Source: a virus | Reading direction: 5' to 3' (one strand) | Length of the DNA stretch: 64,000 nt | IMG/VR virus record: IMGVR_UViG_3300030085_004215 | Coordinates: 1-64,000 of that record | In this document: positions 30,394 to 40,618 of the stretch, piece by piece | Layout of the letters: each line of letters begins with the position of its first letter | Numbering within the stretch: position 1 is the first letter of the stretch | Notes under the pieces: model-generated | The model's input: the letters and a program-made list of their open reading frames with translations, nothing else | What the model was told of the DNA's origin: nothing | Databases searched by the model: none | Translations under genes and position numbers: made by a program

Positions 30394-30837
30394 CTAATCT
30401 CCAAATTTATGATTGATAAAATCTTTTTGTTTTTGAACTGCTTTTTTCAAAGCTGCTTTCTTCTCTTTTTGTCTATCCAATAACATCTGTTCTTTAGACC
30501 TACGCTTTACTTTTTTTCTTTTAACAGGTTTAATTTTAGTAGGTTTAAGAGTACCTTTCAACTTAGGTTGTTCCACACCCTTATGAAACACATTTCCATC
30601 TTTATCTACAAACTCATTCATAAAATGCCATCCAGCAGGTCTACCCGTAGGTGTGTATGCTGGTTTTGATGTTTCAGGAAACTTCTCGTGAAGTAAACCC
30701 ATTACGGCGTGACTTCCAATAACAGATACAGAATCCGTACTGACATTCTTTACAGGTTCACCTGTGATTTTACAATCCATGTATGCTATTCCATCTATGA
30801 AATAACCACCATTTTTTTTAAATGTACTATTTGACAT
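30394..30837 (-). CDS. Hypothetical basic protein
   Basis: GRPAGWHF...FVDKDGNVFHKG motif, Lys-rich tail, AGGAG SD. Confidence 0.55.
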   Translation of the reverse strand: MSNSTFKKNGGYFIDGIAYMDCKITGEPVKNVSTDSVSVIGSHAVMGLLHEKFPETSKPAYTPTGRPAGWHFMNEFVDKDGNVFHKGVEQPKLKGTLKPTKIKPVKRKKVKRRSKEQMLLDRQKEKKAALKKAVQKQKDFINHKFGD

Positions 30838-31096
30838 TTACTACTCCTTTTTTTTTATTATGCTTCTCCGATAGAACCAGATGCTATTCCGTCTTCGAAC
30901 AACATCTCTAACATTCCATCACTTACTTCTTTAGAGAATTTTTTATATTTAACATTATTTTCCATATCAAACTTAATTACATCATCTATAAGTTTTGATA
31001 TAAGTGGTAATGATTTACCTTTTGCTACTTTTTCTATTTCTTCTAATCTGTTTACTAATGTCATAATATCCATTGCTTTTTCCTAATTAAATTTTG

Positions 31097-31170
31097 AGTG
31101 CTGGACAGGATTCGAACCTGCGAATAATGGATTTGCAATCCACCCCATTAAACCACTCTGGCACCAGCAC
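31097..31170 (-). tRNA. tRNA-Cys(GCA)
   Basis: GTGCTGG/CCAGCAC acceptor stem, U discriminator, anticodon arm GTGGA-TTGCAAA-TCCAT, GGTTCGAATCC T-arm. Confidence 0.93.
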
Positions 31171-31420
31171 GGCCCTCTGCATTTGCCACTCGTTGGTTTA
31201 ATTTTCTATCTTGTACTTCAAGTATATGTTTACAATATTTTCTTTTGTGTCTCCTACGAAATTTAAACGCCATGCAATCACAGGCCCATTCAATACGAGA
31301 TGGGTCAAAGCGAATATCATATTCTTTACCATCTACTTTGTAGTGTTCCCATCCATAATCATCAATGAGAACACCATCAAATTTTTCTATTATCAAATCT
31401 ATTAATTTTTGATTATTCAT
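31148..31420 (-). CDS. SWIM-type zinc-finger protein
   Basis: WACDC...CKH motif; the 3' end overlaps tRNA-Cys. Confidence 0.65.
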   Translation of the reverse strand: MNNQKLIDLIIEKFDGVLIDDYGWEHYKVDGKEYDIRFDPSRIEWACDCMAFKFRRRHKRKYCKHILEVQDRKLNQRVANAEGRAGARVV

Positions 31421-31865
31421 ATGCCCTTAATATAAGTATAAAACATAATACAAGTCAAGTATTATTTTTAACTATTTTTATATGGATTAGTTTTTGTTAA
31501 ATCTGCTCCAACCCAACCTTTAGATTCAGAGTAAACCATTTTAAACCTACGACCTAAACCACTAACATCCTTAGATACTCTAACGACCTTGTAATTTTTA
31601 TTCCATTTACTACTAAACATTCTTTTCATAACAGAAGTAATATACCAAGTTTTACTTGTATCGTTAATATTAACATGGTCTGTAAAACTCATAGTTTTAC
31701 CATTGATTTTATTTCTCATTAAAAACCTAAATGATGTCATTTCACTTTTCCAATTCATTATTTTTTCCTTATTTTTGTTACTTAAATATAAGGCTTTTTT
31801 ACTATACAAGTCAAGTGTTTTTTTCATTTTTTTTTAATTGGGGAGAAATTAATCTCCCCAATCGA

Positions 31866-32696
31866 TTAGTTTTTCTCCCAATATCCCAATTTAGGTGCTA
31901 TATAAGTGGGTCTGTCTAACCACTTACTTAAAGTAACTTCTGCTTCCACTTCGGGTGAAATATCAAAGTCATTATATCTATGTAGTAAATCTGCAACTAT
32001 AGGATGTCTAACAACATCTCCTAAATCAAATCTACAAAAACCACATCCATAAACACCAGTAAATCTCTTAACACTATCCTCCAAACCATTATCCGTTTTG
32101 GTTCGTAAATCACTCTGTTGCAAATCTCCACTAACGATATATTTAGAACCCAAGCCAATTCTCGTTAGAAAAGTTTTGATTTGTGATGGTGTAGAGTTTT
32201 GTGCCTCATCTAACATTACAATTTTATTCTGTAGTGTTAAACCTCTCATGTATGCAAGTGGAATAACTTTTATTATTCCAGCTTTTCTCAATACATCCAA
32301 TCTCTGCTTACCGATTATCTGTTCCATATTATAATATACTGATTGCATAAATGGTTCAGTTTTCTCATCAATATCACCAGGTAAATATCCTATCCTTTCA
32401 CCGTCTACCTCAACCATAGGTTTGGTGACAATAATACCGTCAAAGTTAGAATTTTTATCTGCAATACTCTGTAATGCCCAATATGTTGCAACATATGTCT
32501 TACCACAACCTGCAGGCCCAACACAAAATGTAATAGTATTGGTATCAATATTATCCCAAAACTTTTGTTGATTTCGTGTTTTTGCTTTAAAATCCCATTT
32601 GATTCTTTTCATTTGAGACAGTGCTTGTCGATGGTTTGCACATTCTTGATTACTTACAACCTTTGTAATAGTTTCAACTTTTCGTTTTCTACTCAT
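31866..32696 (-). CDS. phoH: PhoH-family ATPase
   Basis: GPAGCGKT, GYLPGD, YMRGLTL, DEAQN, LTRIG, GDLQQSD, VRHP. Confidence 0.95.
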   Translation of the reverse strand: MSRKRKVETITKVVSNQECANHRQALSQMKRIKWDFKAKTRNQQKFWDNIDTNTITFCVGPAGCGKTYVATYWALQSIADKNSNFDGIIVTKPMVEVDGERIGYLPGDIDEKTEPFMQSVYYNMEQIIGKQRLDVLRKAGIIKVIPLAYMRGLTLQNKIVMLDEAQNSTPSQIKTFLTRIGLGSKYIVSGDLQQSDLRTKTDNGLEDSVKRFTGVYGCGFCRFDLGDVVRHPIVADLLHRYNDFDISPEVEAEVTLSKWLDRPTYIAPKLGYWEKN

Positions 32697-32765
32697 AATA
32701 ACATCCCCTTTGAGTTAATTAGTTGTAAACCTGGGTTCAATTATAAATAGAATATATATTGTTGT

Positions 32766-33707
32766 TTACTTTATTTTTATACCACCTTTTAATGGATTTC
32801 TTATTTTTTTCTCTGAAGTTTTTTCTTCTATTTTCAGCTCACTATCACTATCACGATTTTCGACAATGTCAAGTTTTTTTTCAATTTTTTCTCGTTTTAA
32901 TATATTATCTTTTTTCTCACCATATACTTCCCACCACTTTTTTATTTTTTTATTTTTTTTCAAAAAAGGCTTCGAAGCTGCTCCAGTTTTTCCAGAATCT
33001 TCTTTTTCTTTAAGTAACAGTGCTTGGTTAAATGCTATCACCAACATTACAGCCAATGGGTCAAAGACGAATATTAAGACGAATATAAAAAAACTAACTA
33101 CAGTATCCACATCGGTGTTAAAAGTTCTAGCTAAATAAATTGCAGGTCCTACATCAACTCCAGTCTCAACGAGTGCAATTTTTAAATCACCTATCTCTTG
33201 TTTAAGACTCATCATAGTTGTATTAACTTCATTTATTTTAGGTTGATACTCTTCCCTAAGTTTTCTTTTGGCAGTTCTGTAATTATCAGGTAGTTCAGAT
33301 ACTGCGGCTTCTAACTCTTCTTTTAAAAACTTTTTATCCTCTGATAATTGTTTTAATCTATCTTCTTTATATAATAGTGCTGTTGATTCTTTTTCAAAAG
33401 TTACTGTTGCACCTTGATAGGCATTGGATAAATATCCAAATATTCCAGCAGAGGTTATTAATATCAATACCACAGTTGCTATTGATAAATAAACTTTTTG
33501 TAGGTAATTTATTTTATCCCAATATCTGTATAGAAATGCAGCAGTAACCAACTTACCAAATTCTAATGAACCTGCCATGATGATTACTGATAATGTTGCA
33601 CCACTAAATAATTTACTCAATCCAAATACTGAATAAAAACCTGCACTACCAGCAATTAGTAATGCAGCAATCCCCAAAAATATATGAAAATTCTTGGAGC
33701 GTTCCAT
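32766..33707 (-). CDS. Multi-pass membrane protein with coiled coil
   Basis: Three N-terminal TM helices, a coiled coil, a fourth TM (FVFDPLA), Lys-rich tail. Confidence 0.6.
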   Translation of the reverse strand: MERSKNFHIFLGIAALLIAGSAGFYSVFGLSKLFSGATLSVIIMAGSLEFGKLVTAAFLYRYWDKINYLQKVYLSIATVVLILITSAGIFGYLSNAYQGATVTFEKESTALLYKEDRLKQLSEDKKFLKEELEAAVSELPDNYRTAKRKLREEYQPKINEVNTTMMSLKQEIGDLKIALVETGVDVGPAIYLARTFNTDVDTVVSFFIFVLIFVFDPLAVMLVIAFNQALLLKEKEDSGKTGAASKPFLKKNKKIKKWWEVYGEKKDNILKREKIEKKLDIVENRDSDSELKIEEKTSEKKIRNPLKGGIKIK

Positions 33708-33927
33708 AGTTTTCTCCTATTTATTCTTCTTCAAGTTCTATTAGATTTTGTAGGTGTTCTAATTGCTTTTCAACTCCAATTATCATCCTTAACCACTGTT
33801 CAAATCGTGGGTCGGTATCAGTTGGAATACGGTCTTTTAATCTACCTAATTCAGCTTCGATGTAAGACACCCTGTCTAATACTTCATTTTTTCTACGCAT
33901 AATTAACCTCTATTATTATATAAATAT

Positions 33928-34650
33928 CTAAATTATCTCTAAGTTGTTATAAAATTCATTTTTTATGTATTTTTGTATATGTTCTGCTGCGATTTTATCT
34001 GCCTCTGAACTTGGGTGGTGGTCTAAAACTCCTGTATTTGGTGGGTGTATATCATCTTCAACATACACAGATGGTAGGTCCCAATCGCGACCACAAAAAT
34101 ATTGTTCAGCCATCTTTCTTTGTCTCTCATTAGTAATATCAGTTTCGGTTTTACACATACCCTTTTGACCAGTTAAATTTAAATGTGTATATCTCAAACC
34201 AGAATCTTTCCACCATTGTAACATTCGTTCCTCAAAATCATCAATCCCATGATATTCCATGTTGTAGGGATGTCTGTACGGCCACCCACCTGTAGAATAT
34301 ATAAAGTACACTAAGTTTTGTTGTTCTTCGTAATAACTCGTCAACACACCACAATAGTATTCAAGGAACTCATCTAAGAACTTTGGATTATCTTTAAATG
34401 TTTTATAAAACTCTGTACACCAGTGTTGTGTATTTCTTCTATCTGTTTTTGAGTAGCGGTCATACATAAACTGAATAGACCGAACCATGCCAGGTATCGT
34501 GAATACGGTGATGTCCGCATTTTGCCTTGCCTTAGCAGATTTACTCCAAATCGTCTCAACCCCACCTCCATAATATTTCATCTCACCTAACTTATTGTCT
34601 ATCCATTTTGGAAATGTATTCCAACTATCTCCTATATAATATACTTTCAT
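33928..34650 (-). CDS. SGNH/GDSL-like hydrolase
   Basis: N-terminal IGDSW and C-terminal DHHPS motifs. Confidence 0.45.
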   Translation of the reverse strand: MKVYYIGDSWNTFPKWIDNKLGEMKYYGGGVETIWSKSAKARQNADITVFTIPGMVRSIQFMYDRYSKTDRRNTQHWCTEFYKTFKDNPKFLDEFLEYYCGVLTSYYEEQQNLVYFIYSTGGWPYRHPYNMEYHGIDDFEERMLQWWKDSGLRYTHLNLTGQKGMCKTETDITNERQRKMAEQYFCGRDWDLPSVYVEDDIHPPNTGVLDHHPSSEADKIAAEHIQKYIKNEFYNNLEII

Positions 34651-34652
34651 GT

Positions 34653-35186
34653 CTATATCATACCTAATTGATGTAAAATATATTCTTTTAATGGTTCTTT
34701 ATTATCTGCTGGAGTATGCACCCATGTCCACGCCATTGTTGTTTTCATAGTTTCTATATTACCTACGATTGCAGTTATTTGTTTTTTAAACTCACTAATC
34801 ATTTTATCATCTAATAATATTTCTGCACCAACCTCATCTGCAATATCCAATAACTTACCTAAATCTTTTTTCTTATTTGCTTCATTTGCTTCTTTAAATT
34901 TTTCATCATCACCACCTTTATCAGGATGTGTTTTTCCAGCAACTTTTCGATACAATTGTTTAAAGGTATCATCCTCAACTTCAGTATCAATTATTAAATT
35001 ATTATCATCCTCTACTTGCTGTGGTGATTCTTTTAATTCTTGTGGATTTTGCATAAACTTACGAAAATCGGTATTGAATTGTTCTACACTTCTTTTATAT
35101 ATTACACGAGTTTCTTCAAGTTCTAATTGTAAAAATCGAAGTTGTTGTCGAATTTTCTTTTGGTGTAACTGTTGCTGGATATCCAT
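34653..35186 (-). CDS. J-domain (DnaJ-like) protein
   Basis: KQLYRKVAGKTHPDKGGDDEKFKEANEA. Confidence 0.8.
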   Translation of the reverse strand: MDIQQQLHQKKIRQQLRFLQLELEETRVIYKRSVEQFNTDFRKFMQNPQELKESPQQVEDDNNLIIDTEVEDDTFKQLYRKVAGKTHPDKGGDDEKFKEANEANKKKDLGKLLDIADEVGAEILLDDKMISEFKKQITAIVGNIETMKTTMAWTWVHTPADNKEPLKEYILHQLGMI

Positions 35187-35372
35187 TTAAATAACTATGG
35201 AATATCTTCGAATTCTGCATCAATTACCTTATAACATATATAATATTTATTGCCCTTTCTTAGGACAGCTTCTGCAAATGAATATTGTTTTTTTAATTCT
35301 TCAATGTTGAAACCACAATCTACATCCACTATCCCAAGAAGAGCAAATAAATCATTCTGTACTTTGATTAAT

Positions 35373-35846
35373 TTAGGAAATCTTGACAGAATGCTTTTTT
35401 GGTTTTTCGGGTTCTATTTTAGGTATATCAATAGAAAGAACACCATCAACAAATGATGCGTTTATATTCTCACCATCAAGTAATTCACCTAATTCAAAAG
35501 AACGCTTGAATGAAGAGTGTTTGAGTTCTCTACGGATGACCTTTGCTTTAACATCATCAAAAAAACCACCCTTGTTACCAGAAATTGTAAGGACACCGTC
35601 CTCAACATCTATTGATAAATCCTTTTTGGATAAACCAGGTATTTCTGCTATAACACCAACCTTATCATCATACTCATATACATTTACTTTTGGATATGCA
35701 GTACCTTGATATGGTTTTACTCCAACTTGTTTTTCAATCTCTGGAAATTGTTGTGAGACCATTTGGTCAAACAATCTATCGAATGGTGTTAGAAAATTAT
35801 CCCTGTCGATTATAGGGAATGGATTACGGACAACTACTTTAGTCAT
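35373..35846 (-). CDS. Small heat-shock protein Hsp20
   Basis: YPKVNV...AEIPG...GVLTISG...F.RSF.L...A...DGVLSI.IPK; start moved to ATG 35846 behind an AGGAG SD. Confidence 0.92.
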   Translation of the reverse strand: MTKVVVRNPFPIIDRDNFLTPFDRLFDQMVSQQFPEIEKQVGVKPYQGTAYPKVNVYEYDDKVGVIAEIPGLSKKDLSIDVEDGVLTISGNKGGFFDDVKAKVIRRELKHSSFKRSFELGELLDGENINASFVDGVLSIDIPKIEPEKPKKHSVKIS

Positions 35847-35881
35847 TTTACTTCTCCTGTTTTGTTTACTTTTAGCCAAAC

Positions 35882-35939
35882 TTATATCCTCACTTGAGCG
35901 ATATAATTATTATAGTAATCAATCTCATACGAGCATTGA
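35882..35939 (-). promoter_or_regulatory. Tandem bulged-G hairpins in the hsp20 5' UTR
   Basis: UCAAU-G-CUC-GUAU-GAG-AUUGA and UUAUAUC-G-CUC-AAGU-GAG-GAUAUAA. Confidence 0.5.
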
Positions 35940-36128
35940 ATTTTTACTACATATATAAATATATGTTGTCAAACTTTTATTAAAATTTTTTTTGGTATAT
36001 TCCAAATTCTACCCATGCTATCCTTGACTCGAACCTCACTTACTTTAGATGAATCATCCCAAAAGTTTACTATTTCATCTTTGTATAAAACACCATCAGG
36101 TGTTGGGTAATCTGATAATACTTTATAT

Positions 36129-36455
36129 CTATTCTTCTTCATCCTCACCCTCAATAGATTCATCTTGAGCAAAATCTTCTTCTTCTAAATCTATTGGATA
36201 GTAAAGTTGAAATTTAGATATTAGCAACTCTGGGTCTTGTACTCCAACCATAGTTTCTAATACTTTACCATCAGAAACTATTTTAATAGTAGGAACACTT
36301 TTTACTCGATAACTCTCAGCAAGTACAGGGTCTTCATCTATATCTTCAATGTAAAGGGGATAACCTAAACTATCTAATTTTTCTATTATGGGCTTAAATG
36401 TTGTACATGGCCCACACCATTTTGCACTAAAATAATAAAACCTAATATCATCCAT
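36129..36455 (-). CDS. Thioredoxin
   Basis: FSAKWCGPC and SVPT. Confidence 0.88.
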   Translation of the reverse strand: MDDIRFYYFSAKWCGPCTTFKPIIEKLDSLGYPLYIEDIDEDPVLAESYRVKSVPTIKIVSDGKVLETMVGVQDPELLISKFQLYYPIDLEEEDFAQDESIEGEDEEE

Positions 36456-36528
36456 TATTCACTCCACTCTATATATTTGTAACTTTGTGTAGTAGTTTTG
36501 GTAGCGTAATCTACAACTATTTCATATA

Positions 36529-36777
36529 TCATTTTCCAATAGACTCCAATATTTTACTTCGTGGTTGAGCACCAATAAATCTACTGATTTCATTACCATT
36601 TTCTTCTATTACAGTTGTGGGTACACTACGAACATTATATTGTCTTGCCATATCCTCTTGCGAGTCAATATCTATAAATTCGATATTATGACCCTCTGAT
36701 GATAATTGTTCCATAATTGGTTTATATGATTGACAAGGCCCACACCAAGTTGCACTAAAATATTTTATCGATTTCAT
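36529..36777 (-). CDS. Thioredoxin
   Basis: FSATWCGPC and SVPT. Confidence 0.88.
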   Translation of the reverse strand: MKSIKYFSATWCGPCQSYKPIMEQLSSEGHNIEFIDIDSQEDMARQYNVRSVPTTVIEENGNEISRFIGAQPRSKILESIGK

Positions 36778-36843
36778 CGCTTTTTCCTAAATAGTATAGT
36801 TGGTGGTCCAACTCGTTTTTTCTTATCTAACAAAGATTCCTCT

Positions 36844-37230
36844 TTAACTTCCGAAGATTTTTTTCTTTTCACCGTGGTACTCGTAGGCATGACCATTTTC
36901 CTTAAGCAATTCATTTACGGATTTCTCGTGCCCCTTAACAAATATCTCTCCAAGTACACGACCATATTTACCACGACCATGAGATATAATACTGAACTTA
37001 CCATCGTCTGAATTTTCTAAAAGGTCTTTTACATATTCTTTTGCTGCCAAACCTTTTTTCTTTTCTTCCAAATCTCTTGTTCTACTTTCCCATGTATCAA
37101 CACCATAAAATCTAATTCTTGATTTTACCCATACATCAAAACCTAAATCAATCATAGCATCACAGGTATCACCATCAACAACCCTATCTAACTTACAACT
37201 ATAACCATGTTTTTTTACTTGTTTTCCCAT
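36844..37230 (-). CDS. Thermonuclease (SNase-like)
   Basis: RVVDGDT, RIRFYGVDTWE, GKYGRVLG, VNELLKENGHA. Confidence 0.85.
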   Translation of the reverse strand: MGKQVKKHGYSCKLDRVVDGDTCDAMIDLGFDVWVKSRIRFYGVDTWESRTRDLEEKKKGLAAKEYVKDLLENSDDGKFSIISHGRGKYGRVLGEIFVKGHEKSVNELLKENGHAYEYHGEKKKIFGS

Positions 37231-37846
37231 AATATTTTCCTATTAAAGCCTTCTAATTCCAAATTGGTGGCCTATCTTTTTTAGACAGACAGCACTATTA
37301 TTAAATATACCATCGTTAATAGATTCGACAGCATTTTCTAAATCTGCAAAATCAAAAGGGATTTCAAATATCTGGTTATTATATTCATATGTGGTATTTT
37401 TCTTTTTGTAAATCAATTCACATTGTTCGAATACCTCTCTAAAATTTTGATACGCAGCATAGTCTCCAGCAAAACCTGCTACTTTATCTGATAAAATTAA
37501 ATATTTGTTATAATCAATCATCATTTATTTACCTGCTTCCAATTCACAACTTAGATGGTTAGTTCCACTACCTATATAATCATAATCAACTTCTGAAGTA
37601 TCTTCATCGCAGTATTCACAAATCCATTCGTTTACTATTCCTTCTGCTAAATGATTAGCATGAAAGCGTATACCTGATGAAGTATTTAAATTATCTGATT
37701 TAATATTTTGTTCAATCTCAGATGCTAACTTAGTTCTGAACGCATCAGAACTAATATTAGCTTGTGAATCTTTATGTTTATCAATAGTGTATTTTATTAC
37801 TTTATACATAACTAAAAATAAATATCAAGTTCCTTTCTCAAAATGT

Positions 37847-37897
37847 AAAAAAAATGGCGGGATGGAAAAGAAAGGAAAATAAAAAAACCACCCCGCC
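37847..37897 (-). terminator. Intrinsic terminator after the AAA+ gene
   Basis: GGCGGGGTGG...CCATCCCGCC stem followed by a T-run on the minus strand. Confidence 0.55.
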
Positions 37898-37906
37898 TGG
37901 TCAACA

Positions 37907-39064
37907 TTAGCTGACCGAATCTGTATCTGCTTCGTTAAACAAATCGTCAGAAGAACCATCAGAAATATATTTCTGAACTAATTGTTTTACAAAAGTTCTC
38001 TCGGAATCAATCCCACCTTCATCAGCAAATTGAGGATAGATACTAACCTCTGCAGCTTCATCAAGTCCAAAACCATCATAAATTAAACCAGTCATTTCAA
38101 CTGATGTTCTTGTAGATACACCATTTGAAACTTTACCAGTATCAGATTTGGATTCCATACGAGTAGTATGAGCAATTTCTGAAACTGCTTTTAGTAAATC
38201 TGGTTCTACATTAGGAAACATATAACTTAGTAAACCTAATTCTTGCTCATCATCAAGAACATCCATCTCAACGATAGTGAATCTATCCATAAGAGCTTTA
38301 TCCATAACACGAGTAGAAGTATACTCGTTACCAATGTTAGCAGTTGCTACAAAGGTAACACCCTCAGCGACTGGGATAGTTTCCTGTCCACTAGCCTCAT
38401 CAAGCCTTAGGTATCTTTGACCTTGGTCAAGAACTGTCATCAAAATATTCCAAGCATCTGGATGAGCTCTTGATAACTCATCAAGAAGAATCACAGCGTT
38501 AGGTGTTTGAATAGCCTTTACAAAAAGTGATTCTGAAAAGTAAGTACCTTTCTTCTTATCAAAGTGAACATTACCAATCAAGGTAGCTCTTGGGTCTTGA
38601 GTAGAACCCATATTGAAATAAAAGTCAGGCCTATCAAGAGAATTAACCAATGATTTAGAAGCCATGGTTTTACCACAACCAGCCGGGCCAGTCATCAAAA
38701 TATTCTTACCACGAACAGCAGAACGGATAAGGTACTTCCACTTAAGTTCACTCATAACCAAACCTTTAGGTTTTAGGTTATATGAAGAGTGAATAAAATT
38801 TAAGATTTCAGCGTGTTCACTTGGAACCTCAACTGAAGATAAATCAATTGTAGGAGCCGAAGTTTTTTCGAACTCACTCATTGGTACAACCCACCAATAG
38901 GTTTTACCAGATTTATTAACTCTCTGTTCAAGAGCCATACCCTTTTCAAAAGCTCGTTTACGAGCTGATATTGAAATTGATGAGGTATGTTTGTTTCCAT
39001 CGGCATCCCATGCGTTGAAACGATTACCAGATTTTTCTACTTTTACGATTAGTGATTTATTCAT
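37907..39064 (-). CDS. MoxR/CbbQ/CobS-like AAA+ ATPase
   Basis: GPAGCGKT, ILLDELSRA, FVATAN, ALMDRF, STR. Confidence 0.88.
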   Translation of the reverse strand: MNKSLIVKVEKSGNRFNAWDADGNKHTSSISISARKRAFEKGMALEQRVNKSGKTYWWVVPMSEFEKTSAPTIDLSSVEVPSEHAEILNFIHSSYNLKPKGLVMSELKWKYLIRSAVRGKNILMTGPAGCGKTMASKSLVNSLDRPDFYFNMGSTQDPRATLIGNVHFDKKKGTYFSESLFVKAIQTPNAVILLDELSRAHPDAWNILMTVLDQGQRYLRLDEASGQETIPVAEGVTFVATANIGNEYTSTRVMDKALMDRFTIVEMDVLDDEQELGLLSYMFPNVEPDLLKAVSEIAHTTRMESKSDTGKVSNGVSTRTSVEMTGLIYDGFGLDEAAEVSIYPQFADEGGIDSERTFVKQLVQKYISDGSSDDLFNEADTDSVS

Positions 39065-39615
39065 ATTTATTTTCCTTTTGTTTTCTTTATTTTTTCTTTA
39101 TTTTCGATACCTTAATATAAGGCTTTTTGCCTATACGAGTCAAGTGTTTTTTTCACTTTTTTTAAATTATTTTTAAACATTAACTAATACCATCCAAAAA
39201 TAAAATGTAGCAAATATTAAACTACAAGTTAAAAACTCTGCTATTCTATAACCAATTAATTTCCAATTCATAATTATTTTTCCTCTATTGTTAATTCTGA
39301 GTTTTCTAAAGTATCTTTTAAAGAGTATAAACTATCTAATGCAGAATCTATTGATACACGAGCATCTGAATTTGCGTTGTACTCTGGCATCTGAATGATA
39401 GCATCATCGAGTTCTGCTTCAATTATTTCTAATTCTACTAATATTTCTTTTTTAGTCATTACTTTTTCTCCTTATTTGGGTAAACTATTTTATCCATTTC
39501 AGCAAAAAATTCATCCATATCTTTTTGTATTTCTTCAAAAATTGTTTTCACTTTCAAATCCTTTATTTTTTTCTCATTTTTCATACCTTAATATACGGCT
39601 TTTTTACTATATAAG

Positions 39616-40335
39616 TCAAGTGTTTTTTTCATTTTTTTTAAAAAAAGTCGTAAAATTAGGCCCATAATCGTGGTTATTACCATATTTTTTCTTAAAATAT
39701 TGAGTATAATACTCCCTTACACCTGGTCTACCATCAATAGATAAATCAAAATCCCTACCTACATAATCAGCTAATATCTTATAATTACCTGTCGTTCCCA
39801 TTGTATCTGTTTTCCAAGAAGTGGTCAACATCACACCATCAGGCCCATCAAAGAATTTTCCTGGCCCATCTATGATAACTAAATCTACATTCTTGTGTTT
39901 TTCTAAATCATGTTTATATATAACTGAATTCCAATCAGGTTCTGTTTTATCATCAGTATAACATTCTACATATTCCATACAATTATCTGGGTCAAATCCA
40001 AGTTCTTTCAATCTATCATAATATACTTTAATATTTTCATAAGAGTAGTATTCAAAATTCCAATCTACTGTATGCTTAATCTTATGAAGTAACAATGTAG
40101 TAAATCCCGCACCATACTCAATAACATGCTGTAGTTTTTGTTCTAAAATTTTCTTAACTTGTGAATGATAAAACTTAAAATGTGCACCGACTGGATTTGG
40201 GCCATGATAATCTAAATGACCATATTGTTCATGTATATCCAACATATATTGACAGTATAGTGGATATTCTGACATGAATAACTCCGTGCCACCACTTTTA
40301 TTATTTTCCGTTTCTCTATATTCTTTTATATTCAT
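39616..40335 (-). CDS. Class I SAM-dependent methyltransferase-like protein
   Basis: VIEYGAGFTT and DLVIIDGP motifs. Confidence 0.55.
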   Translation of the reverse strand: MNIKEYRETENNKSGGTELFMSEYPLYCQYMLDIHEQYGHLDYHGPNPVGAHFKFYHSQVKKILEQKLQHVIEYGAGFTTLLLHKIKHTVDWNFEYYSYENIKVYYDRLKELGFDPDNCMEYVECYTDDKTEPDWNSVIYKHDLEKHKNVDLVIIDGPGKFFDGPDGVMLTTSWKTDTMGTTGNYKILADYVGRDFDLSIDGRPGVREYYTQYFKKKYGNNHDYGPNFTTFFKKNEKNT

Positions 40336-40345
40336 TTTTTAGGAG

Positions 40346-40418
40346 TGGAGCTGACAGGGTTCGAACCTGCGACCCCCACAGTGCAAGTGTGGTGCTCTCC
40401 CAACTGAGCTACAGCCCC
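40346..40418 (-). tRNA. tRNA-Ala(UGC)
   Basis: GGGGCTG/CAGCTCC-A acceptor with G3-U70, TAGCTCAGTTGGGAGAGC D-arm, TTGCA anticodon loop, GGTTCGAACCC T-arm. Confidence 0.95.
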
Positions 40419-40618
40419 ATGTTATTATATATTTAATTAATTACTTTTCTGCCACCAATGAAGTTTACCTTTGTCATCTTCAAAGCATTCCCAATCACAA
40501 TATACCCAAACACATTTCCAAGAATAAATAATATATTGGTTTTCATCTTTTGGTTTCATACTCCAGCCACAAGGACAGACTGGAGTATTTCCGAACCATT
40601 TTTTTAATAACCACTTTA

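Noticed and set aside
35881-35940. CIRCE or HAIR operator upstream of hsp20
   Set aside because: It does not match TTAGCACTC-N9-GAGTGCTAA or CTTGAGT-N7-ACTCAAG.
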